NCBI GenBank assembly: GCA_963836235.1
Contig: CAWIIP010000002.1
Location: forward strand, 64,001 to 128,000
Length of the DNA stretch: 64,000 nucleotides
Origin: an uncultured Pseudomonadota bacterium
Lineage (GTDB): Bacteria; Oederibacteriota; Muellerivitia; Muellerivitales; Muellerivitaceae
Reading direction: 5' to 3'
The notes under the pieces were generated by a model that did not search any database, was not told the DNA's origin, and saw only the letters and a program-made list of their open reading frames with translations. Both the position numbers and the translations under genes were made by a program. Within the stretch, counting starts at the first letter, position 1. Every line of letters begins with the position of its first letter. Shown one piece after another: positions 49,701 through 60,068 of the stretch.

Positions 49701-51831
49701 CCGGATAGTCCACCGTGGTGGAGGTGGCGTTGGGCTGGCCCAGGATGATGTCCACCACTGGACTGGTCACCGGGTTGCGGATCCGCATCACCCGGCTGGC
49801 GTACTGGTCCGTGACCCATAGGTAGCTGGCGTCCGGGGCCACGGCCATGCCCTCGCAGTGAGCTGAACCCGCTTGTCCCGAGGCGTCAGTCAAACTCACT
49901 GAACCCCCGCCTAACAGGGGAATCGGCTGGGTTAAGGACAGTGTTAGGAAGGGAGACTCCTGGCCCATCAAGGGAAGCTGATAAACCCAGACTGAATGCT
50001 GACCGTTCGCGAGGGCCCACAAATGGCCCATGCGGTCCGCTTTGACCCGGCCAAACCCGCCGGAGGGACCTACCAGGGGTTGAGAGGGGCTCGGTGCCCC
50101 GATCAGTCCATCCACCTTCTGGCCGTTAGAAAACCCGGCCGGCCCGGTGGAGGGCATGTTCCAAAACCTCAGCATGTCGCTAGCCTCCACCACCTGCGTC
50201 ACACCTTGGAAAGAAGCCACGGCCACTCCCGCCGTGTAGCGCATGCCGTGGTAGTCGGGAATATCCTCCAAGCCCTCCTGGAAAGGTTTGAGGATTTCCA
50301 CGTCCGCCGAGTGGACGACTCCGCTTACGGGGGCCGGGATGGGCCCTGGAAAACGGAAGATCCCGTCGCACTCATTGTTATAGGGGTTGATCCAATAGAC
50401 GTTTCCGGAGGCATCCACACCAGGCGACTCGATGGCCGGCTGGCGGATTTGTGTGCTGTTAATCCCGTCGCCCCCGACATTGGCAAAGGTGAAGTTATTG
50501 TCACCCACTGGGGAGCCTGTCGTGTCCCCAGGGGTATCGTTCATCAGGGTCTTGACGATACTCCAGGTGATATTGTCGGACGCGCTCAAACTCACCTTCA
50601 ACAGGTCGATTTCCTGAAGATTGGCAACCCAAAGCCCCCCCGACCCGCTCAAGGCCGGGGCCCCGCCGATGCCGTTGGGGCCGGATGCGTCCCATTCCTC
50701 GCCTTCGCTCTCCGCCCCCCCAATGTTGCTGAGTGTCATAGCCGCTGCAGGAATGTCCCCGCTTCCGTAAATGGGTTGTGTTGCACCGTTTCCGGGCGTG
50801 GTAGGTTTATAAATGAATAGAGTGCCAACGAGGGAGGAATTGTAGGAAACCACATAGACATTTCCCGCCCGGTCTACGCGTACTGCGATGGGCTGGGCCA
50901 GATAGGTAGTGGAATTTGTAGTGAAACCGGACTGGCCTAAGACCACATCGGCCGTCGCGGCCGGGGCCGCGCAACAGGTTCCGCCGGGGCTGGGAAACCG
51001 AAGGACCCGAGCGTTCCAGTCATCGGCCACCCACAGATTGCCCCATGCGTCGATGGCCACCCCCGACGAAGCGGTGTTGGTTCCCAGAGGGAAATAACCG
51101 GCCCCCCCACCCGGCGGGACCGGGCTGAGGTAAAAATTTTGGCTGTTGGGGGCACCGGTCACGTTACCGCCCACGTCGTTCACGGCCCAGCCGGTGAAAT
51201 CCGGCTGGCCCCATTCGTAGGTGGCGGGTTCCAAACTGGTGACCGACCCGTTCGGCTGGGCGTTGTAACGAACTACCCGGTTGTTGAAGTAGTCCGGGAC
51301 ATAAAGGTTGCCCTGTGAATCCACGTCCATGTTGGCCTTGCTTCCCGCCTCGGCCAGCGATTGGAGCGAATAACTGGTGCCGCAAAGGCAGTCCGGCGAG
51401 GCGGCAGGGGGGATGGGATAGTTCTGCCAGTTGGAATCGTGGTTGCAACCCGTGTGGAAAAAGTCCGGCTGGCCCAGGACCATGAAAGGGACCACATCCT
51501 GGTTCGGCCCTGGGTCCGAGGAGGAGCCGATGATGGAGACTCCCAGGATTCGGTTATTGCCTGAGTCCCAGATGTACATAACCCCGTTGACCCGGTCCAC
51601 CACGGTCCCTCCCAGGTGGAAGGCGCTTTGGGTAGTTGCCTGGTCGAACTGCACGTCCCCGAATCCAGAATTGGGGATACCGTAGTCGGGCTTGCCCAAC
51701 ACCACGTCCGCCCAAAGGTCGCCCGCTATGCCCCTGACTGCCTGGGCATTTAAAGGGGCGGGAATACAAAGGTAGGCAAAGACCGATAAACCACAAAAAA
51801 GAAAAGAAAGGTTTAATACTTTTTTAGTCAT
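46762..51831 (-). CDS. 1689-aa secreted NHL/beta-propeller protein with PT linkers and T9SS/FlgD-like CTD
   Basis: Signal peptide; VLGQPDF-type repeats; GNLYV/VAD..N.R blades; C-terminal PYPNP..ANGLYY..KVLVIQ. Confidence 0.88.
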   Translation of the reverse strand: MTKKVLNLSFLFCGLSVFAYLCIPAPLNAQAVRGIAGDLWADVVLGKPDYGIPNSGFGDVQFDQATTQSAFHLGGTVVDRVNGVMYIWDSGNNRILGVSIIGSSSDPGPNQDVVPFMVLGQPDFFHTGCNHDSNWQNYPIPPAASPDCLCGTSYSLQSLAEAGSKANMDVDSQGNLYVPDYFNNRVVRYNAQPNGSVTSLEPATYEWGQPDFTGWAVNDVGGNVTGAPNSQNFYLSPVPPGGGAGYFPLGTNTASSGVAIDAWGNLWVADDWNARVLRFPSPGGTCCAAPAATADVVLGQSGFTTNSTTYLAQPIAVRVDRAGNVYVVSYNSSLVGTLFIYKPTTPGNGATQPIYGSGDIPAAAMTLSNIGGAESEGEEWDASGPNGIGGAPALSGSGGLWVANLQEIDLLKVSLSASDNITWSIVKTLMNDTPGDTTGSPVGDNNFTFANVGGDGINSTQIRQPAIESPGVDASGNVYWINPYNNECDGIFRFPGPIPAPVSGVVHSADVEILKPFQEGLEDIPDYHGMRYTAGVAVASFQGVTQVVEASDMLRFWNMPSTGPAGFSNGQKVDGLIGAPSPSQPLVGPSGGFGRVKADRMGHLWALANGQHSVWVYQLPLMGQESPFLTLSLTQPIPLLGGGSVSLTDASGQAGSAHCEGMAVAPDASYLWVTDQYASRVMRIRNPVTSPVVDIILGQPNATSTTVDYPGGTPANNNMNNPGSAVLDQYGNLFVGDHSLEFNGDGRILMYSAASIQNSGATPLYAVSATMVYNALGPWEPALSPGDTVMTAGSDAQSGGSVFTMVFQNPLGGGANPVTYLKDYGPQDYSETFDDQGNLYVANHNRSRVLIYLQPFPVPTATATSTGSWTPTLTLTSTPSNTPILTATPTVSFTATASPSSTATPTPTFTWNSAVPTFTPTSIPNCCLTAWTVTSGPLPDVDGLAYDPSGPATLYAGGGATILGLNPANGAILNNSMPASFDSITAMAMGGDGYLYVADYNSKVFKAQLPSGNIVETFSIPENGVRSLSVAPGSSYPEIYAGCDSGNLYLITQSASTSTLAQLSFSTDASPVHQGAPGILYVPGNAGAPSTLYLSDGDIAQRVLQYLQAPAGSNTYAYHAFWQTSNGNDYMGRIVADAFGNVFVGAVEDYYTFDPNFNFRWSCAIAPVYGQSIAVDPAGNVYAGHTSMDTIIKLHCSVPESTATFTYTPTVTPTYPPAPILSCPLVGTPLAVSQPWGAALDTGGNLYVVNSSVNAVDTFNSVDVPGPALSLGPEALPVGVAMDANGYAYVTDEQQNMVDVFNASGSLVLNWGTSGSGGGQFEAPYGIAVTTGSSGTTVFVADSGNQRMQEFLVTTTGIPAVSTLTAWGFPGVNGDGSFLEPAGVALNGQGEVYVADGETGIVQVFDGTGKWKRQWDATLETSLLTANFLATTGDCLVFVTDGFSSVGVFDPNGTVLGVVSGPGTGANFYDTEGVAAGNGGWFVADGSNGQVYSFGTCPAASCWTIVRTPTPTRTPTASPTITPTFTTTATATITPTATLTNSPTVTLTFTPSETPTITLTYSPTLTPTLTGTPTLTNTPLITSTPTISPTPGVTGVVIGPPYPNPVMGSGPVSLQLQVPLGSTVEWSVFTTAFRKVLDNSNPVSGNSSILVWDLEDAWKRPVANGLYYLRVQVSGPVKTSKVLKVLVIQ

Positions 51832-51969
51832 GTCACCTTACCCAATCCCTCAACTGGCCCTTAGTCAAGGGCTAAACAGTTAGCCCTTGTGGGAGGGCAA
51901 AGCTAGATAATTCTTTCAGTTCAAACCCTATTACAAATTTATCGAAATTCTTGCGTTCATTCTAAATTT

Positions 51970-52341
51970 TTAGATTGACCCAGCATTCTGGGATAACGCG
52001 CTGGTTAACTCGCTTTTTTGCTCACTGGTGATTTCCTTTTCACCGTTTTGTTTAAAATATTCGAGTTCCTGCCGCCGCAACGATTTCAAATTTTCCCAAG
52101 CCGCCTTGGCCTGAACTTCAGTCAGTTTCCCTGATTTTCGGTCCTTTTGTATCTGGCGCATCTGCTGCCGAAGGACAATGTTCACTGAATGGATGTTGGA
52201 ACCCGCTCTTGAAACTTGGTTGCTAACCAAATGATGGACAATGGGTGTCACCTGAGTGGTTGAGGCGGGCTTCGATTGCCCCCAAACTTGGTCCCCAAAA
52301 CAAACCATGGATGCCGCCAATAATATTATTTTAAATTTCAT
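51970..52341 (-). CDS. 123-aa secreted helical hypothetical protein
   Basis: GAAGGAGG RBS; signal peptide; SGKLT..Q and EIT.EQ helical repeats. Confidence 0.78.
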   Translation of the reverse strand: MKFKIILLAASMVCFGDQVWGQSKPASTTQVTPIVHHLVSNQVSRAGSNIHSVNIVLRQQMRQIQKDRKSGKLTEVQAKAAWENLKSLRRQELEYFKQNGEKEITSEQKSELTSALSQNAGSI

Positions 52342-52364
52342 AACTTTCCTCCTTCAAAATCTCT

Positions 52365-55300
52365 TTAGTGAAGAACAGCGATTTTGCCCCATTTACTTTC
52401 CTGCGTAGTCCCATTCTCGGTTTCCAATCGGTAGAGATAAAGTCCGCTTGCTACCGATTCACCCAATTGATTTTGCAGGCCCCACACAAGATCGTTCAAA
52501 CCAGCCCCACCTTCAGCGGAAGTCTGGTACACCAATTCTCCGGCAATACTAAAAAGTGTCAAATGGATCAGTCCGGATTGGTTGAGGGTTACCAGGAACT
52601 TGATGTTTTCCCCGCCTCTTGAAACATTCGGGGCCGCCACAACCAATTGCGCCAACCCATTGTTCGAAGTCGGTGTAAATGTTTTCTCTCCACGCTGGAC
52701 CATGGCCACTTCCCCTTTGGGAGTAAGCGTGCAAGTGGGATTCGGCCTGCAAGATGGCGGTATCCCGCCCGATGACGTTACCAGGTTACCCTGATAATAA
52801 ACCGCGTAATGCAGGTCGTTGCTATAAGTGGTTCCACCTCCCACTCCACAAGGGCTGTACCAAATGGCGTCATTCGAAAAATTGGCGAAATTGGCTAAAT
52901 GAACCGCGGTTTGAATATTAGTCCAAGTCACCCCCGCTCCCAACGTCGCCGTGCTGGTATCGGATACCGTGGTCTCCCAATTTGCTTGGTGGCTTCCATC
53001 CGGACCACAGGCCGGGGAAAAACTGGCAGTATGAATTGCCACTCCCGAAACCGCCGTACAGGCGGGACCGTAACAACCTCCATAATTGACGGCTCCGACA
53101 AGTCCCTGACCGGTCGTGTCGTCCACCCAGAACTTGAGGGTGATCTGGTTAAGATTAATCGGAACGGTTCCCCCATTGATCACCTCAAAAGTCTCGTTCG
53201 ATTCGTTGGCCGTGCAAGTCGTGAACTCCTTTAGCTGCAAGCTAACCGAACTGGTACCACAAGCCACACCCGGAGTGGGGCTTGGAGTAAAGGTCGGCGC
53301 GAGCGTAGCTGTTTTTGTGGTTGTGGGCGTCGGCGTCAAGTTTTTCGTAGGAGTTTTAGTCGGCGTAAAGGTTAACGCCTTCGTCGCAGTCCCTGTCGGG
53401 GTTTTGGTAAAGGTATTTGTAGGCGTCTCGTTTTTCGTTTGAGTTTTCGTTGCCGTAAAGGAAGGAGTGTTGGTGGTTGTACGGGTAGGTGTTTTCAAAC
53501 TTGTCGTAAAAGTCGGCGTGAGAGTAGCCGTTTTCGTTGGAGTCCGAGTTTGTGTAGGTGTAAGGCTATTGGTGGGAGTTTTAGTCTGTGTCCGAGTGGG
53601 TGTCTTCGTCATCGTATTCGTGGGTGTATAGGTATTTGTATAAGTAATCGTATTAGTGGGCGTCCCTGGACTTGGCGTCCATGTCGGGGTAAAAGTCGGA
53701 TCAAGGGTTGGAATCGGGCTCGTGATACAATTTGTCACGGGACAAGTGCCGAAACCATAAACTTGGCCGCTGGCTCCATCCCCCACAAACCATCCACCGT
53801 TACCTGCCGCGATGCCTTCCGTATCATAAAACTGGTTCCCTGAGCTACTTCCCTGAATCGTTCCAAGCGGAGTCCCATTGAGGTCAAACACACCCACCTC
53901 ACCGAACCCATCCGTCACGTAAACTAGGCAGTTGCCATAGACCGAAATGAAATTAGCCGAGAGAAGATTCGTGTCTTGGGTGACATCCCACTGATTAATG
54001 AAACTTCCCTGAGGAGTGAAAACCTGCACAAAACCAGTATTCCAATCCGCAACATAAACATTTCCCGACGCGTCCAGCGCCAATCCCGAAGGCGTGTCAA
54101 AGGTTCCATATCCTGTCCCACCCGGACCACCCCACTGGGTAAGCGCCGCTCCCGCTGAGTTGAAAACCTGGATCCTTTGGTTCCCCGAATCCGCCACATA
54201 AATACTCGTTGCCGCCGAATTAACCGCAATTCCAAATGGTCCCTCGAGCTCCCCCGTCCCTGTTCCCATTTCTCCCAATTGGGTAACAGGCGTCCCACTA
54301 CTGGCAAAAATATCCACCTGATCGAGATCTTCATCCGTCACGTAAATGTTTCCACCGCCATCCACCGCCACACCTACTGGCAGGCCAAAAGTACCAAGGC
54401 TGATCGCCGGTGTTTGGGGAACGCCAGCGGAATTAAAAATATCAACCGTGTTCATCGAATCATCCGCTACGTAAACATTTCCTTGCGGGCCCAAAGCTAT
54501 CCCCCAAGGCTGGGAAACAGCCCAGGCTGAAGTAGATTCACAGAATAAGAGGGCCGGCGTGGGAGTGATAGTGGGAGTCGCGGTAATAGTGGGCGTTGCG
54601 GTCACCGTTGGGGTTATCATGGGAATTGAACAATTGAATTTTTCAAGGGCTCCGTTGTCACTGGCCGAACCGATGTAAACCCCTCCCTGCGGGTCCACAG
54701 CGACAGCCTGGGCATCATAAACATCGGCGGTTGCGCAATTGCTGATGAAATTGAAATTCGAATCAAATTTCCGATACTGTCCCGATTGGGTAATATAAAT
54801 ATTCCCTTGCCAGTCTTTGGCCATTTGATGAGGGAAGTCCTCGTTTCCTGAATCTTCCAAGATTCCATAGTTGAATATCGTGCTACCCGGAGCGGTTTGG
54901 ATATATTGGTTGATCCCATGGTTAGGCGTGAGGATATCCGCCACATAGAGGGTCACGGGTGTCCCGCCCGTTCCACTTTCCACCAACACCCCTCCCATGG
55001 CTCCAATCGCCGGACCGCCGACCAGGGACATCGTTGATACTGTCCCTGTGGCCTCATTCACTCGGTAAACTTTATTCGAGGAACCCCCTACATAAAGATC
55101 ATCATTATTCGCTCCGTCCACGAAAAGGGCCTGCACCCCATCCCCAATATTGAAAGTCGCGGGTGAACTTCCACCTGAAACCAGAATTTTGTGGACTTCC
55201 TGGTTGTCACCAACGAAAAGATACTGGGATTGGGAAATTCCCATGACCAAAGCCGTAATGTTAGAGAATAACCCGCTGGGGACCAGCAACGGGCCGAAGG

Positions 55301-58300
55301 TCACCCCATTGGAAGGGTTTACCGCCAGGACCGTGGTCCCGGCCCCAACATAAAGGGTTCCCAGACCCGAGGAATTGTAGGCTAAACCATCCGTGGAACC
55401 CACAAAAGTAGTACCGCCACTGGGAACGTTCCAGGCCACTTGGCAGCAAACGGCCGTGGAAGTGGGTGTAAAGCTCAAGAGGGGTGTGAATGGTGGAATA
55501 GCCGTAGGAGAGCCTGTCGGAGTGGGGGTTATCGTCGGGCTGGAGGTGGGTGTGGGGCTCACGGTAACGGTAGGGCTGGGTGTTAAAGTGGGAGTGGGTG
55601 TCGGGCTCAAAGCGGGGCAGCTCGCCTGGAATTGGTTTACTTGATTGTTGATCGAATCAACCACATACCAACCATTGTTTCCCACCGCGACGCCTTTCGT
55701 ATCCGCGAAGGAGGTACTGCCGCCCTGGGTGAAAGCCAGAACATCGCCGTTTTCGTCGAATGTTCCAACCGTCCCAAAACCATCCGAAACATAAACCAGT
55801 CCGGTGGGTCCTACCGCGATGAAATCTGCGGTCAAGAGAGGCGTACTCCAATTGCCGTTACTTTCATTCCATTGGGTGACATTCCATTGGCTGAGGAAGG
55901 CCCCCTGGCCGTTGAACACTTGTACCAATCCAGTGTCCGAATCCGCCACAAATATATTCCCAGAAGAAGAATCCGCCGCGATTCCAGCGGGGGAACCGAA
56001 TGTCCCGTTCCCGCTGATCCCAGGCGTTCCCCACTGATTTAAATAAGTCACCGACGGGATTGATGGGTTCACCAGGAATTCTTGGATGCGCTGATTTCCT
56101 TGATCCGCCACATAAAGGGTCGTTCCTGACGAACTGGTTGTTAAGGCTACTCCGTAAGGCTGTTCAAATTCCCCGTTACCGCTGCCAGCTGGCAAACCCC
56201 ACTGAGTCACCGGAGTATCCGATGGGCTGAAAACATATATTTGGTTCTGGGCATTGTCCGCCACGTAAACAAATCCGTTCCCGTCCACCACCACCCCCTC
56301 GGGATCGTTTAAAAGACCCCGCCCAATAGGCGCCAAGGAAACGCCGCTGGAAGTGAAACTATCAACCTGTCCCATAGAATCGTCCGCCACATAGATATTG
56401 CCCGTATTGGCCAACGCCACCCCGCACCCTTGAGTCACCAAAAGGGTTTCGACCGGTGAACAGCTAATCGGCGTGGAGGTGGGAGTCGCGGGTAAACAGG
56501 CGAATTTCATGAGGGCCCCGCCGTCACTTTGAGAACCCACATAAACCCCTCCCTGCGGATCAACCGCGATGGATTGGGCGTCCGGCACTTCGGTGGTGGT
56601 GCAACTGCTGATAAAATTAAAATCCGGAGCGAATCTCCGGTATTGCCCTGATTGGGAAAGGTAAATATTGCCATCCGGGTCCTCGGCCATTTGGTGGGGG
56701 AAAATGTCGTTACCTTGGTCTTCTAAAGTTCCATAGTTGAAAATCGTGCTACCTGGAGCGGTTTGGATATATTGGTTGATCCCATGGTTAGGCGTAAGGA
56801 TGTCCGCCACATAGAGGGTCACGGGGGTCCCACCGGTTCCGCTTTCCACCAACACCCCTCCCATGGCGCCGATCGCCGGACCGCCCGATAGGGTAAGAGT
56901 AGACACCTTCTTAGTGGACTCGTTCACCCGGTAGACATTGTTCGAGGATCCTCCCACGTAAAGGTCGTCTTGATTTGATCCGTCCACGAAAAGGGCCGCA
57001 ACCGTATCCCCAATATTAAATGTCGCGGAAGAACTCCCTCCCGGAACCAGGATTTTGTGGACTTCTTGGTTATCTCCGACGAATAGGTACTGGGACCGTG
57101 AGACTCCCATGGCCATGGACGAAATGTTTGAGAAAATTCCGGAAGGAACCGGCAAGGGGCCGAAGGTCACCCCACTGGAAGGGTTTACCGCCAGAACCGT
57201 GGTCCCTGCCCCAACATAAAGGGTTCCCGGACCCGAGGAACTATAGGCCAAACCATCGGTGGAACCCACGAAAGTAGTACCGCCGCTGGGAACGTTCCAG
57301 GCCACCTGGCAACAAACCGAAGGACCGACCGTAGGAGTGGCGGTTGGATAGGGCGTCGCGAAAGGCTTTAAATAGACGAAAACCCGGCTGCGGTTGTGGT
57401 TGGCCACATAAAGATTGCCGTCGTCGTCAAAAACGGCCGAATAGGATTGTTGGTCGAAATCATTTAAGTGGGTAACTGGGTTATCGGCCACCAATGGATT
57501 GGCCAGCACCACCAAAGCATTGTTATAGGGATAGCTTTGGGCGTCAGAACCCGCCACCAACACACTGTCATCGGGACTTATGGCCGGTTCCCAGGGATTG
57601 GCGATGGAAGCATTTTGGGGATTGGCGTCGCCCGCCGAGGTAAAGTTATTCAACCCTCCCACGCCATAAACGGCCGAGGCTGGAACCCCGAACAAGGGGG
57701 TAGTGGAAGAGGTGTTTTGGATGGCAGGCGCGTTCCATCGAAGAAGCCTCCCATCCCCATTGAATTCTAGCGAATGGTCCCCCACGAATAGGTTTCCATA
57801 GTGGTCCAAAACTGCCGATCCAGCCATATTCAGGTTGGTTTGGCTGGGGACGCCGTTTGGCTGGTCGACGATCGTAGAGGCAGCGTCTGGCTGTCCCAGG
57901 ATGATATCGACCACTGGATTTGTCAGCGGATTTCGAATCCGCATGACCCGGCTGGCATAGGCGTCGGTGAACCACAAAAATCGGTCGTTCGGATCCACCG
58001 CCAAACCTTCCACGTGGCCGGGAGATCCCGAGGCATTGGTCAAGCTTACCGAACCCCCGCCCAAGAGGGAGATAGGTGAAGTCAGGGTTAAGGTTTGGGC
58101 AGCCGATTCCCCGTTGACCAAAGGAAGATTGTAAATCCAAAGCTGAGCTCCTCCAGGAGCGATAGCCCATAAGTGGCCCATTTTGTCCGGCTTAATCCGG
58201 CCAAATCCGCCACCAAAAAAGGGCTGGCTGGGGGTGCCCCCGATGAGGCCATCCACGCGGGGGCCGTTTTGGAACCCAGCTGGACCGTTCGACGGCATAT

Positions 58301-60008
58301 CCCAAAAACGGATGACGTTGTCCGATTCCACCACCTGGGTTATCCCTTTATAAGCGGATATCGCCACACCAGCAGTGTAATCCATCCCGTGATAGCCGGG
58401 CGAATTTTGCAATCCATAACGATAGGGTTTATAAACATCCACGTCCGCCGAATGGGCGATTCCGGACTGGGGCGTGGGAATCGGCGCCGGATAACGCCAT
58501 ACATCTTGTAGAGCCCCCACAAAACCACTAGAGATGAAGACATTTCCCAATCCATCTACTCCTATCGAACCGTCAATATCCCCGATGTTCCAAGTTGGCG
58601 AATTATTTCCCGTCAGGTCCGAAAAAGTAAAAGGCGCCTGGTCCCCTGCGGTTCCGTTCGATGCCGGGCCTTGCAGGTTGTCGCTCAACAGGGATTTGAC
58701 CGGCTGGCTGGTGATGACGGGAGGCGTTCCGGCCCCAAGGGCAACCTGGTAAAGGACGATATAACTTGCGTAGCCGTTGAGGTAAGAAACCCATAATCCC
58801 CCCGTTGTTCCGGCCGAAGGGGCTCCCCCGATTCCACCCATTGCGACTCCGCCGGTGATGGTGGGCGGGGCGTCCCATTCAAGCCCCAAGGGACTGCCGG
58901 AAGTACCGGAGATGGCGGCGCTAGGAACGGCGACCATGTTGGTCCCATAGATGGGTTCCCCGGAGGCGGCGTAACCAGAGGGTTGAAAAATCATAACCTC
59001 GCGGCTGGGGACGTTTGAATTGGGAAGGGCGGTGGTGTAGACATCACCCGCGTTATCGACTCTCACCGCGATGGGCGAGTACATATTCGTGCTATCGTTG
59101 GTCGTGAAGGAGCCCTGTCCCAACACGACGTCCGCCGTGGAGGCGGGCATGCCCGGATTGTGGGCGTTTGGGTTTGGAAAACGCAGGACCCGGTTGTTTC
59201 CATTATCCGCCACCCATAAGTTACCCCAAACATCCGCCGCCACCCCGGCCCGCCAATCCGGCGAGGGATAAAATTGGATCGTGGAGGCCGTAGGTTCCGC
59301 ATTACCTTGATTGTTTTGGACCGTAGTGAAATTGGGCTGGCCCCAAACACCCGAGGCCGTGACCGGGGTTCCCACTTGGAAAGCGGCAATGTCGGACCAG
59401 TTGAAACGCAAAACCCGGTTATTGAAAAAATCCGGGACATAGAGATCTCCCTGTCCGTCCACAGCCATGTTCCCGCCGGTCCAGACCTCCGCCAAACTCT
59501 CCATGTCATATCTCAAACCGCAAAGGCAGTTGGAATCGGCGGGTACGGGCGTGGGATAGGTCTGAAAATTGCCGTCATGGTTGCATCCGGTATGCTGGAA
59601 ATCGGGTTGGCCCAACACCACCGTGGCGTTGAAACCCTTTTGGTCGGACAATGGATTGGACGAAAGTCCTGAGACAGGCATTCCGAGCACTCGGTTGTTG
59701 CCCGCTTCGAAAACGTAAAGCATTCCATGCACAGGATCAACGGTGGCGCTGGCCGGGCTAAACAGACTACCGGCAGTGGCCTCATTGAATTTAGTTTCGC
59801 CAAAGGCTGAGTTGGGGATGCCATAATCCCCTTGGCCCAGGACCTTATCGGCCCAAAGGTCACCCGCGATACCCCGAGTGGGGAGGGCGGTTTGTGCGCT
59901 GGATAACAGCGGAAATGAAAAATACAGGGTGGCGAATAGTGCCACCCCGAGTCCAACATAATTACGACCGTAAATACCAGTTTTCTGGTTCATATCTTGA
60001 GTTTTCAC
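52365..60008 (-). CDS. 2547-aa secreted NHL/beta-propeller protein with CBM3-like domain and T9SS/FlgD-like CTD
   Basis: Paralogue of 46762-51831 ([13 protein letters not shown]); duplicated propeller pair; [24 protein letters not shown]3-like; APN..ASGLY..GKIAVLH. Confidence 0.88.
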   Translation of the reverse strand: MKTQDMNQKTGIYGRNYVGLGVALFATLYFSFPLLSSAQTALPTRGIAGDLWADKVLGQGDYGIPNSAFGETKFNEATAGSLFSPASATVDPVHGMLYVFEAGNNRVLGMPVSGLSSNPLSDQKGFNATVVLGQPDFQHTGCNHDGNFQTYPTPVPADSNCLCGLRYDMESLAEVWTGGNMAVDGQGDLYVPDFFNNRVLRFNWSDIAAFQVGTPVTASGVWGQPNFTTVQNNQGNAEPTASTIQFYPSPDWRAGVAADVWGNLWVADNGNNRVLRFPNPNAHNPGMPASTADVVLGQGSFTTNDSTNMYSPIAVRVDNAGDVYTTALPNSNVPSREVMIFQPSGYAASGEPIYGTNMVAVPSAAISGTSGSPLGLEWDAPPTITGGVAMGGIGGAPSAGTTGGLWVSYLNGYASYIVLYQVALGAGTPPVITSQPVKSLLSDNLQGPASNGTAGDQAPFTFSDLTGNNSPTWNIGDIDGSIGVDGLGNVFISSGFVGALQDVWRYPAPIPTPQSGIAHSADVDVYKPYRYGLQNSPGYHGMDYTAGVAISAYKGITQVVESDNVIRFWDMPSNGPAGFQNGPRVDGLIGGTPSQPFFGGGFGRIKPDKMGHLWAIAPGGAQLWIYNLPLVNGESAAQTLTLTSPISLLGGGSVSLTNASGSPGHVEGLAVDPNDRFLWFTDAYASRVMRIRNPLTNPVVDIILGQPDAASTIVDQPNGVPSQTNLNMAGSAVLDHYGNLFVGDHSLEFNGDGRLLRWNAPAIQNTSSTTPLFGVPASAVYGVGGLNNFTSAGDANPQNASIANPWEPAISPDDSVLVAGSDAQSYPYNNALVVLANPLVADNPVTHLNDFDQQSYSAVFDDDGNLYVANHNRSRVFVYLKPFATPYPTATPTVGPSVCCQVAWNVPSGGTTFVGSTDGLAYSSSGPGTLYVGAGTTVLAVNPSSGVTFGPLPVPSGIFSNISSMAMGVSRSQYLFVGDNQEVHKILVPGGSSSATFNIGDTVAALFVDGSNQDDLYVGGSSNNVYRVNESTKKVSTLTLSGGPAIGAMGGVLVESGTGGTPVTLYVADILTPNHGINQYIQTAPGSTIFNYGTLEDQGNDIFPHQMAEDPDGNIYLSQSGQYRRFAPDFNFISSCTTTEVPDAQSIAVDPQGGVYVGSQSDGGALMKFACLPATPTSTPISCSPVETLLVTQGCGVALANTGNIYVADDSMGQVDSFTSSGVSLAPIGRGLLNDPEGVVVDGNGFVYVADNAQNQIYVFSPSDTPVTQWGLPAGSGNGEFEQPYGVALTTSSSGTTLYVADQGNQRIQEFLVNPSIPSVTYLNQWGTPGISGNGTFGSPAGIAADSSSGNIFVADSDTGLVQVFNGQGAFLSQWNVTQWNESNGNWSTPLLTADFIAVGPTGLVYVSDGFGTVGTFDENGDVLAFTQGGSTSFADTKGVAVGNNGWYVVDSINNQVNQFQASCPALSPTPTPTLTPSPTVTVSPTPTSSPTITPTPTGSPTAIPPFTPLLSFTPTSTAVCCQVAWNVPSGGTTFVGSTDGLAYNSSGLGTLYVGAGTTVLAVNPSNGVTFGPLLVPSGLFSNITALVMGISQSQYLFVGDNQEVHKILVSGGSSPATFNIGDGVQALFVDGANNDDLYVGGSSNKVYRVNEATGTVSTMSLVGGPAIGAMGGVLVESGTGGTPVTLYVADILTPNHGINQYIQTAPGSTIFNYGILEDSGNEDFPHQMAKDWQGNIYITQSGQYRKFDSNFNFISNCATADVYDAQAVAVDPQGGVYIGSASDNGALEKFNCSIPMITPTVTATPTITATPTITPTPALLFCESTSAWAVSQPWGIALGPQGNVYVADDSMNTVDIFNSAGVPQTPAISLGTFGLPVGVAVDGGGNIYVTDEDLDQVDIFASSGTPVTQLGEMGTGTGELEGPFGIAVNSAATSIYVADSGNQRIQVFNSAGAALTQWGGPGGTGYGTFDTPSGLALDASGNVYVADWNTGFVQVFTPQGSFINQWDVTQDTNLLSANFISVYGNCLVYVTDGFGEVGVFDLNGTPLGTIQGSSSGNQFYDTEGIAAGNGGWFVGDGASGQVYGFGTCPVTNCITSPIPTLDPTFTPTWTPSPGTPTNTITYTNTYTPTNTMTKTPTRTQTKTPTNSLTPTQTRTPTKTATLTPTFTTSLKTPTRTTTNTPSFTATKTQTKNETPTNTFTKTPTGTATKALTFTPTKTPTKNLTPTPTTTKTATLAPTFTPSPTPGVACGTSSVSLQLKEFTTCTANESNETFEVINGGTVPINLNQITLKFWVDDTTGQGLVGAVNYGGCYGPACTAVSGVAIHTASFSPACGPDGSHQANWETTVSDTSTATLGAGVTWTNIQTAVHLANFANFSNDAIWYSPCGVGGGTTYSNDLHYAVYYQGNLVTSSGGIPPSCRPNPTCTLTPKGEVAMVQRGEKTFTPTSNNGLAQLVVAAPNVSRGGENIKFLVTLNQSGLIHLTLFSIAGELVYQTSAEGGAGLNDLVWGLQNQLGESVASGLYLYRLETENGTTQESKWGKIAVLH
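53730..57318 (-). repeat. Internal duplication of a two-propeller block (offset 1866 bp)
   Basis: [24 protein letters not shown] occurs twice; matching DNA at 55435 and 57301. Confidence 0.88.
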
Positions 60009-60068
60009 TTTTTAAAAGTTTTCAACCTTTAAAACAGAAACCGCTAAAAATCCAAAAACGACCTTTGT

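Noticed and set aside
32992-55644. Plus-strand VGVGV-rich ORFs (e.g. 32992, 42762, 47162, 53116, 55393)
   Set aside because: Antisense translations of the Thr/Pro linkers
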